64,000 nt of DNA from the human T2T-CHM13v2.0 reference genome, Homo sapiens, in assembly GCF_009914755.1 (NCBI RefSeq), contig NC_060936.1; one strand, 5' to 3'. Each line of letters begins with the position of its first letter. Within the stretch, counting starts at the first letter, position 1. This document shows, piece after piece, positions 53,277 through 64,000 of this stretch. Under the pieces are notes generated by a model. That model ran no database searches. It was not told the DNA's origin and worked only from the letters and a program-made list of their open reading frames with translations. A program made the position numbers and the translations under genes.

Positions 53277-55899
53277 TAGTTGACATTTATTGTAATATCC
53301 ATGCAAGCTGGATAGGACAAGAATGTTGCTACTGTTATGTCTGCTTCCATTATTTCTACTGCTGGGGAGGCTACCATTACCTTCTCTGTGACTTGCACTT
53401 GGGCAAGCACTTAACAATATATCATCCCATTTAATCTTCACAACCAATATACAAGGTAGGGTTTATACACTGGGGTGGTTCCCTAACTTCTCTGAGTTTT
53501 AGTTTCCTCATCTGGAAAACTGGTATCATAATGCCTACTTGGTAAGGATATTGTGAGAATTAAATAAGATGACATGTATATTAAGAGATGGAGGTAATTT
53601 TATCTACCTGCATTCCTCTAATTCTATATTTGTTAGGAAGAAATCTTTTGGTAAGCTGCTTGAGGAGAAGAGTCACCATGGACAGACTAAAATAACCCAA
53701 TAAGCTTGCTTAACTTTTGCACTTATGACAAGGAGTAGTGTTTGTTCCTTGCCATTGTTCCCAAGAGGAAGGTGGCAAAGAAAGAGTTGGTGAGGGCGAA
53801 GCATTTGCAGGGGAAGAGAACAGGAGTGACAGTATGTCCTTTAGAAAGTGGAAATATTGAATGGGGTTCTAAACAAATTGTTTGGTTGGGTTTATGCTAT
53901 AAACAGCCCAACCTACCCACCGTCATGAAATCTTCAGTAAAGGCTGTGTAGCTGACTAACGCTTTTGTGTGTGATTAGATAAATGCGGGAGAGGGGCTCA
54001 GTGTCTGTTCTCAAAGAGGCATTGAAATTCACATCCACGTTGGCACAAGTGAAAACAGACAGCTTGTGCCAGAAGATGAGTGCAGAGCTGGTGTGTGGTT
54101 CTAATACTATTCTTGGAATGTTTCCTCTGAGTGACCTCCCTCTCTGTTCAGGCCACGCATTTCTGGAGGGTATAACAGCAGTATATTGTTATATTGTATA
54201 TATATGTATATTCTGTTTGGTTTCTATTCTTCCACAGGCCCCACCATCAGGTTCCGCACAGAGTGAACACTCAAATGTTGAGGGCTGATAAATGTGAGTA
54301 GCAACTACTAAATGAAGGAGATGAATATGCTTTTGTATAGTAACTTCAACGATGCTTTGATATAGAAATTAGTTTACCTAGTGTACTGATGAGGTACATG
54401 AGGCTCAGAGAGGCTAAGAAACTTGCCTGGCATCACACAGCTAGTAAGCAGCAAAAACAGACATTCATGTTCCATACACAATGCCTTCCTGGTCAGTGAC
54501 ACTTTAGCAGACTATCTAGAGTTCTGGCATCGTATAAACCAGGCATTATCCACATATGTATATTTTAAAACCTCACTGAAAGCAGAAGGATAAGATGAAT
54601 TGACTTTAAGCATTCCTGGGGAACAAAAAGTCAAAATGGAAAAGGAGAACAGGAGCATAAGAAAAAAATATATAGCATAACTCGTTATCCCTTAGATAAC
54701 TGTAGGGTCATGCTGATATTAGTCATTGTACTGTGATGACACCAAAAAGGGAAAGTGTACCAGCTAGCCAGGTAGATGCAATTCATTGTGCAAGAAAAGG
54801 CTGCCTCAAATGTGTCTAAAAGCGTGGTTCTTCATTCAGCCAAGTCAAGACCAAAGGAGCACATGAATAATTGGCTACAGCTCCCCTTTCAGCAAGTACC
54901 AGCTTTCTCTGCTGAGGCTGATACAGCTCCATACCTCAGGGGGCCGGGAATCAGCTGCCAGCAGCCAATGGGCTTCTGAGCATTCATAAGCAGACCAGGT
55001 GCTGATCCATCAGGCTAATTAGCAGCCTGTGGGCCACAGTTAGCTGGGAAGGTGGAGGGTTTTAACTCTTTTCCTGACAGACTCCAAGCCTATCTGGGCT
55101 TTTTGAGCAATGTTCTATCAGTCAAACCACAAAGAAAAGTATTAGAATTCAAAAGGAGGGAAGCTAAAAGGAAATATAGTTTTGCTTTAAATAAGACAAG
55201 GGAGACTAACAACACAAAGGAAGTGAACTTTGACTCTCAAATATACATATATATAGATGTATATATGTGTCTGTACGCATCTCAGTCTACGTATCTTCAT
55301 GTTACTGACTGTAATGTCATCACCACAGCAGACATTCAATACATGTTTGCTTTTGTTGAGGATGATATAGTGATATTTAAAACAGAAATAATAAACAAGG
55401 GAAGAAAATAGGACAGGATTGCAAGGGAGGGGGATATTTAGCTTGTTGGCACCTGAAATGTATTTAATTATCAGGCTCCCAAAAGAGCAGAGGAAACAGA
55501 ATTAGCTTCAATGAAAAATACAGAGAACATGTTGAAAGTTCAGAAAAAATGCAAAACTTACTTTAATTAGGAGATGGAGATGGAATACATCAGAAATAGT
55601 GTCACTGCAAATTACCAGACTTATAAACCAATATGTAAATCAGCAGAGGAAACAATCCCATGAATTTTAGTAAATTTGTAGAAACTTGTTGTAAATAGTG
55701 CATTTAAAATTAGTTTTAATGTGAAATAGAATCAACAATCAATGAAGCCAACACCATCCAAATGTCTTCATTGACACAAAAGGAGCATTCTATAGTCAAT
55801 TGGTTCTATATTTTTGACTTTAGTGTGGTTTTGTTGATCATGGATCCAATAATCTCCAGTGAAGCAGTGCCAATATATGATCTAGCGATAGGAAATAAC

Positions 55900-56430
55900 A
55901 AACAAGCATCCTAATCCTTAAAGTAGCCAAATCTGACAATCATAGAAAATGGCAAGGCAGGATACTGGCAAAAGTCTTAAAACACAGAGGTAACATTTAT
56001 GGAGATGTCTGCACGGGCTCTCTGTCAACATATGGAGAATTGAGGAAGAGCTACGGGATTTCAATGACAAGCCCATCACCACCATCTGGAGATAAAAATT
56101 CTGTGGTAGATTTTTTTTTAAACTGTGATATTTTACTGATAAATTTTATATTAGTGACAAGATCCTAACCAAAGTTTCCTTGGACTGCTTACTATAAAAC
56201 TGTGTACTATTGACTCTGGGGTTAAAAAAATGGATTTATGCCTCACTGAGAAACAGCTGTCATTGCATTTGTAGAATCATAGTGTCAAGATGATGAAACT
56301 GAGCTAATTCCAGAGTCTTCAGGGACCTAAAGAAAGCATTATACAGCCCTGAGGAGGTTTGGGTGTACTGGCAGTAATGTCAACTGTATGGCCCTGAGAA
56401 ACTAATCTCCATGTTGAGATTATGAACACA
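55900..56430 (+). mobile_element. RTE-clade LINE relic (MamRTE1-like), RT region
   Basis: Degenerate peptides IWRIEEELRDFNDKPITTI (cf. IWxxEExPQDFxDAxIVTI), DLKKA and GPEKLISMLRL (cf. GCPEKFISMIR). Confidence 0.65.
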
Positions 56431-57044
56431 AATCTTTCCCCAAATATTTACTGAGTAAAAACATAGTGAGTGGTCCATTAGGGAGAGCAGGAGCATGAGT
56501 TGGATTGTTTTTGTTCTAAGAAATGAATGCACTACCTTGGACTATAATCAATTTGGGGATTGTGGTCTTTTAAACAGACCATAGCAGATGATTCAGTGTC
56601 AGTGGGCCACTGGATTCATGCCAAGTGATAATTCTCCATAACGCTTCCTACAGTCTGGTGTGTGCAAAACAGGCAAGGTCACAAGTCTGTTCTACAGCCA
56701 CCGGGTGTGCTGGTCCTTTTATTGTCCTGGCAAAGTAACAACCCTGTGTATGCACCCCTACAAACTATCTCCCCATGGTTTGGTCAGAGCTGACCCCCAA
56801 GCTCACCCTGCCTAAGTCATTTATTACTAGCAGAGGAAGAAATAAGCATATAATCATGACCTTATCTACTTCTCTAGCCTCAAATCTAGTCTCTCCTCAA
56901 TCAAACCCTTTCCTATCCCTCAGGGACACCTTGACTGGGTGCCTTTGCCTGTGGGACTCTCTGCCCTTAGCATCTTTCAATTAGTTCTCTGCCTGGAAGG
57001 CTGTTCTTCTTTCATGTGTTACCTCCTCCTGAAATGGTTTCTTG

Positions 57045-57290
57045 ATAATAACAGCAAACACATAGGATTTGCTTCATACCAGGCGCACTTCTAAATGCTT
57101 TATTAAATGTACTTACTTCTCACCAGAACCCTTTGAAATAGGTACTGTTATAGTCTCTACTTTAGATATAAAGAAACTTAAAGGCAGAGTTGTTAAGAAA
57201 TTTACTCAGGGTCACTGGTAAATGGTAGAGCTGAGGTTATGAACCATGGCAGCCTGGCTCCAGAGTGTCTGTTCTTCATCACGACTCTGA
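57045..57290 (-). mobile_element. MIR SINE
   Basis: ctactttagatataaagaaact...cagggtcactggtaaatggtagagctg...gcctggctccagag. Confidence 0.8.
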
Positions 57291-58635
57291 GCATAATGAT
57301 CCCTAGACTTTGCTGTTAGTATCCTGAGCACTCGCTACCAGAGAAGTAGCTGCACTGCACTCTAGTCATGTTTGTAAGCTTCCTCTCTTTCCATGCTAAC
57401 TCCAGTTAATCCAACAACACTCAGCCAAAGCATCAACTTTTTCCCCCTTAAGTCTTCCTGATCCTGCTCCCCTAACCTGTGGGAGGTGAATCCTCCACTG
57501 CCCACACCATGCTTCTCTCTGCTAGACTCCTTATCACACCACGTGTCTTGTTTACCTGTCTGCCTCCCTCATTAATCTGTGAACTCTGAAGTTTTGAAGG
57601 CACGAATGGTCTCAGTAACACAGTATCTGGCATATAGAACTGTTGCTTAATAAATATTTGTCTGTTTGATGGATGGAGACTGGTGCTAACAAGTCTTCAT
57701 TTTGCAACTCTGGTTTCTAGCTTTTACCGGCAGATTAAGAACAAAAGGGATTCCATCACAAATCCTGGGAGAATCATGACAAATGCTTAGCTTCAGTTCA
57801 GAAAGAAGCAAGACTATTTATAGCTCAGGGACTCAACATTAAATGACCCGGACTTAATTTTTCCTTGTGACCTAGATTTGCACAACTTTAGATGGAAAGT
57901 GCCCTTGGAGATCATTTTACCCAGGTATTGCAAACTGGTGGCCTAGAGTTGTTTTTATTTGACATATATTATTTGTTTCTATTTTTATTAGAATACCTTT
58001 AGACAGGACATGTGCTTTTTATTTCTCCACATTTTACATCATATCCTATCATACACCACTTTACTCATTTGTATTATCCACCTGACCATTCAAAGCATTT
58101 GAATATGAAATGTCTGAATTAGTCTAACTCATTTTTTTTGGTCTTTGTTTACAGTAAAGCTCCCAAGTCTGTACTTAGGGTCTCCAATTTTCTCATTAAT
58201 TCATTCCAGTCAGATGTTCTCCCACCCTCTACTGATGTGTAGACTGATTTCCATGTAACAATGTACCAATCATGTACCAGTGATTTCCACCTAGCTAAAT
58301 CCAGTTCCTAGCTTGGACCTCAACCCCTCCTCCTTGACATTCAGGACCATACTCTCCTGGTTTTCCTCCTACTTCTCTGGCCTCCCCTTCTCTGTCTTCT
58401 TGCTGATTCCTCCTCATACTCTCGACCTCTAAATGTTGGATCCTCCAAGGTGCAGCTCGTGGCCTGCTTCTCTTCTGGATCTACTCTCATCCCCTTGGGG
58501 ATCTTGTACAGGCTCATGAGTTTAAACACTGCCCACATGTTGACACTTCCTCAGTGTACATCTCCAGCTCACTTGGTTGTCTAGTGGGCCTGTCAAACTT
58601 AATATGTCTAAAAACAAACTGCCAATTTCTTCATA

Positions 58636-58897
58636 TTTTTTTTGTTGTTGTTGAGATGGAGTCTTGCTCTGTTGCCCAGGCTGGAGTGCAGTGGTGCAAT
58701 CTCAGCTCACTACAACTTCCACCTCCTGGGTTAAAGTGATTCTCCTGCCTCAGCCTCCCGAGTAGCTACGATGACAGACGCGTGCCACTACCACACCCAT
58801 CTAATTTTTGTATTTTTAGTAGAGACAAGGTTTTGCCATGTTGGCCAGGCTGGTCTTGAACTCTTGACCTCAGGTGATTTGCCCGCCTTGGCCTCCC
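58636..58897 (-). mobile_element. 5'-truncated AluS with 17-bp TSD
   Basis: Reverse Alu; acaaactgYcaatttct at 58614-58630 and 58898-58914. Confidence 0.9.
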
Positions 58898-59028
58898 ACA
58901 AACTGTCAATTTCTACCCCAAACCTGCTCTTCTTAGCAGTTTTCTTTATGTCAGTTAGGGGTATATCCGGGCCACCAGTTGCTCAGGCCAAAATCCATGG
59001 GCTTATCTCTCATTGCTTCCTTTCTATG

Positions 59029-59424
59029 TGATATGGTTTGGATATTTTTCCTCTTCAAATATCACGCTGAATTGTAATCCCCGGTGTTGGAGGTGGAATC
59101 TGGTGGGAGGTGTTTGGATCATGGCGGCGGATCCCTTATAGACGGCTTAGCTCTATCCTCTTGGTGATGAGTGAGCCATGAGATCTGGTTGATTAAAAGT
59201 ATGGTACCTCCCCACTCTCTCTTGATCCTATTACTATGTGACATGCTGGCTCCTTGTCACCTTTTCAGCCATGATTGTAAGCTTCCTGAGGCCTCAGGAG
59301 AAGCACATGCCAGCACCATTCTTCCTATAAAGCCTGCTGAACCATGAGCCAGACAAACCTCTTTTCTTTATAAATTACCCAGCCTCAGGCATTTCTTTAT
59401 AGCAACACAAGAACAGTCTAACAC
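59029..59424 (+). mobile_element. MST (MaLR) solo LTR
   Basis: tgatatggtttggatatt...ccatgattgtaagcttcctgaggcc...ataaattacccagcctcagg...ctaacaca. Confidence 0.9.
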
Positions 59425-60050
59425 ACTTTCATATGCCATATACAAGTCCTCAGCAGTCATGTCTACTCCAATCTTCCAGTGCCTCCCTTGTTCTTTAAGA
59501 GTAAAAGCCAAAGAAAGTCCTTAGAGTGGTCTCTAGGAGCCTTGATATTCTACCTTCCTTCCTTATTCCTATCCCTACCTTTATTTCTCAGACCCCCATT
59601 CCCACCACTATCCCCCTTATTGACCTGCCTCCAGCTCACTGGCCTCCCTTCACTGTTGAGTGAACACTCCAGGCATTTTTCTACATCGGGGTGTTTGCAT
59701 TTGCTGTTCCTTCTGCCTGGAATACCCCCACCCTTCCCTTCCCCATCCCCAGGTATCTGCATGTATCTGCATGGGTTGCTTCCTCATTTCCTTCATGACT
59801 ACTCAAATGAACCTCCTCACTGAAGCTTTCCTTGACCACTCTATTTGAAATAGACTTCCCTAAGCCAGGATGATTTTTCATCCCTCCTTTCTGCTTTTCT
59901 CTAGAGCACTTTATTACCCTCTAATATCCTATATATTTTACTTACCTATTTTGTTTCTCTTCCTACTAGAATGTAAGCTAAATGAGGGCAGGCTTGTTTG
60001 TCTTCTTTGTTTACTGCTACATCCTCAGCATCAGAATAAGGCTGAGAACT

Positions 60051-60780
<730 letters not shown>

Positions 60781-61922
60781 TAATCCTTTCAATGAAGAAA
60801 CTGAAGGCCAGTGAAGTTGATTAACTTGCCAGAAACACACCATGGTGAACGGGCAGAACCAAGACTCAAATCCAGCTTTCCTGCCGCCCCATCTAGCTCT
60901 CAGCCACCACATCTGGATGCCACGTCAGTCTGTCTCATGAGCACTAACAATGGTGGGCTGAGGTTGAGGGGGATCTCCGGAGCCCCTTCACCATCTCCTA
61001 GGTCTTGCCTATCCTGCCTTCCTGCTTAACGCTCCCACCACCATCACATAACCTGGATATGTTGTGGCCAGACAATTATTGACGTATGTTTGTTAAGTGT
61101 TCTGATCTCCTCTCAGAGGAAAACCCTGTGTTTGACTCTTCTATTATTCAGGAAGTAATAAAAGTTATAGTCATAATATATAAGAAAAAAGAATGATTCA
61201 CTGCTGAGCTACTGAGCTACAGGGAGCAATCCAAGGTTTAGAACAGACAATTGGCTAAGATCAGTCACGATGATGTCACAGCGGAATATACAAATACCTC
61301 AGTGGGCTGATCCAAGAGAACATCACAATTAAATCAGCTTACTGCTGAGCACTCTTCCACATCTGTGAAGAGCTGCTCTCCATTCTGACAGCCACGTTTA
61401 AGGAGGTGGTGGAGGCGGCAGTCTATCCAACACCCTCCACACAGGAAGAAAGGATTGCAAAGTGCTACTGAGTAAATGAACATCATTCACATGGAAATGC
61501 ACTGGACGAGATCATACATGTTAAGACAGTTAACAGACAGGTTAGGAACAATGTTTTCTTTTCAGAATGGAATTACAGTATGACATTGGGCATGGGAAAC
61601 TGATGAGAGCCATCAGAGATGATATTCAAAATGTTTAACAAAATATCGACAGCATAAGCCATCAATGGCCAATGCAGCCTTATCAATGCAGAGTGGTTGA
61701 ACATGGTGCTGGTGAAACTCACTTGGCTAGAATAGCAGAGATGCCATTAACCTCTCTGACCCTTAGTTTAGTTTCTTCATTGCAGAGTGAGGCACCACCA
61801 CTTATTTCCTAGTGTTGTTACAAAGGTTAAGAAAAAAATCTGTGCCACAATTCCTGGTACATATCAGATCCCCAATAATAAGAGCAAACATTTATGTGTC
61901 TTTATTATATATAAGGTATTAG

Positions 61923-62205
<283 letters not shown>

Positions 62206-63489
62206 AATTATTATTAGCATTTTCCCGTTGGAGAAATTGATATAGAGAGCGGTTAAGCAACTTTCTCAATGTCACACTGCTGGTGAATGGCAAGACAGGG
62301 TCTTAGGACCCAGGTAGAATGAATCCCAGGGGCTCCTTCCCCACCCTATGCTACCCTCAGGAAATGTCGGGGCCCATCCCTCCCACTTTATGCTCCAGAG
62401 AGCCAGTGTCCCTGCAAACCTAACATCTCATTGCCTCAAAGTCCCAGCTAAAGCCTAGTGGAGAGGACATCACTCTTTGGTCCTTCAGTGCCCTAGCCCT
62501 TCTTTCTAGGTTTACTCAATTTCCATTTGCATGAAGACAGACAAGAAAAACAGTCCAATTAATACGAAGCGTAAGACCACAAGATGAGAAGGCTTTTGCT
62601 TTGCTTTTTATTTTGTATCAGCTGAAGTGCTGTGAGTATTCGGGATGAAAAATTATTTATCCCAGTTAATGAATCTCATGATAATAAAAATGCCTGACAG
62701 CTCTGAGATTAGTGAGTAGCCCTTATCTGGGGACCACTTAGTGAAGCAAATCCTGCGTGAACAAAGGACAAATGGGATTTGGGAGAATGAGGAGGAAGGG
62801 AGGCTAAGAACGAACATGTGTTTTGCAGCTATCTCATGCCAGGCATCACACAAGGTACTCAACCCTCATTCTTTCTTTTAATTCTTTTGAGAACTCAGTC
62901 TTTATACAAACACTTATGGCAGTGCCAGGTACCATAATAAGTGTTGGGGTTACAAAATTAAATAAATCATGGCCCCTGTCCTTTTAAGTAGAATGGATAC
63001 AGAAAATAAGTAGAGAGGCTATTTATGTTCACTGCAATATTAGTTTGATATGAGTATACACAGGCAGTGGAACTATGCTATACAGGCCAAGATGATACCT
63101 ACCATGTCAATAGTTCCTGCATAAGGACTATTTCCTGCATACGCAGCTGTGTTCTGGGCTGGGTGATATACCCCTGCACCTCCCCATGGCCCCTCAGGCC
63201 CTTCACGGAGGTTAGTTGGCTAGAGGAGTGAGATTCTCTTAGGAGTTTACACTTGGAAGCAGAAAGAGAATCAGGCAATTGGTTGTGGGAACAGAAACTG
63301 AGAAGATGATCTAAAAGGAGTGATGAAGTACAGTAGAATGGGGCTGGGTGGGACCATGTGTAAGCGGAAGCTATGAATACACAGAAGATACAAGGCACAG
63401 AAAACGCTGAGCAGAATGTGAGGAAGCTAGGTCGTAGCAGGAAATGAATAGAAGCAGAGGATACTCTAACCAACGTATGCCCCACAATT

Positions 63490-64000
63490 TAATCCTTTCC
63501 CTAATGTTAGATCATTCTCATTTTTTCCTGTATTACAAGGAATCCTATGATGAATATCATTGCACATCAGTATTTGTAGCATTTCTGATGAGTTTCTCTA
63601 ATATATTCTTGGATTAAATGGTATGCACATTTTAATGCTCTTGAGACAAGTATGCATCTTTATTTCCAGGAAGATAGCACTAATTTCCCACGCCCTTCAG
63701 TATTATATGAGTGAGTCTACTTTAACACATTGTCTCACACTGAGTCCTTGTCACTTAAACAGGGAACGGTAGTAACTACCTTTTTAATTGTTTAATTATT
63801 TAATTTTTAATTGTTTGCATATTTTTCATATGTTATGGGACATTTGTATTTCCTCTTTTGTGACTCCAGCTTGTTTATGTCTTTTTGTCCATTTGCCTAT
63901 AAGGCCATTTATAATGCTCTTATTGATGTATGAGAAATCAATAAAATTTATATAACAAGACCAATACTCACTGACATATTTAGCAAACACTTACCCATAA
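63490..64000 (-). mobile_element. Old L1M fragment
   Basis: atgaatatcattgcacat...ggattaaatggtatgcacatttt...catttgtatttcctcttttgtga...tttgtccattt. Confidence 0.75.

Larger units (their letters stand above)
58200..60045 (+). mobile_element. L2 fragment interrupted by an Alu and an MST LTR
   Basis: ctctcctggttttcctcctacttctctggc...ctactagaatgtaagctaaatgagggcagg. Confidence 0.8.

Noticed and set aside
61251-61263. ttggctaagatca resembling U2 snRNA
   Set aside because: Only a 13-nt match; the flanks do not continue the U2 sequence.

Overview
Human genomic DNA: AluYb8 elements are human-specific, and the window is rich in MIR, L2, L1, MaLR LTR and DNA-transposon relics. I see no supportable protein-coding exon. 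The main functional landmark is a strong CpG island at about 39.4-40.7 kb with several minus-strand splice donors. It reads as the promoter and alternative first exons of a minus-strand gene whose long first intron fills positions 1-39 kb; I cannot name the gene with confidence. Positions 41-64 kb are upstream sequence, possibly with a divergent spliced lncRNA. I cannot support a new gene system here. The unusual signals are structural: (1) two AluYb8 copies 29.7 kb apart sharing non-consensus substitutions; (2) a 110-bp, 95%-identical inverted repeat; (3) a 72-nt miRNA-like hairpin; (4) several locally templated duplications (about 50 bp over 6 kb, about 125 bp over 1.3 kb); (5) an old Alu with an apparent 3' extension inside its TSD; (6) a twin-primed L1. 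Repeat subfamily names come from recalled consensus sequences. Boundaries of old repeats are approximate.
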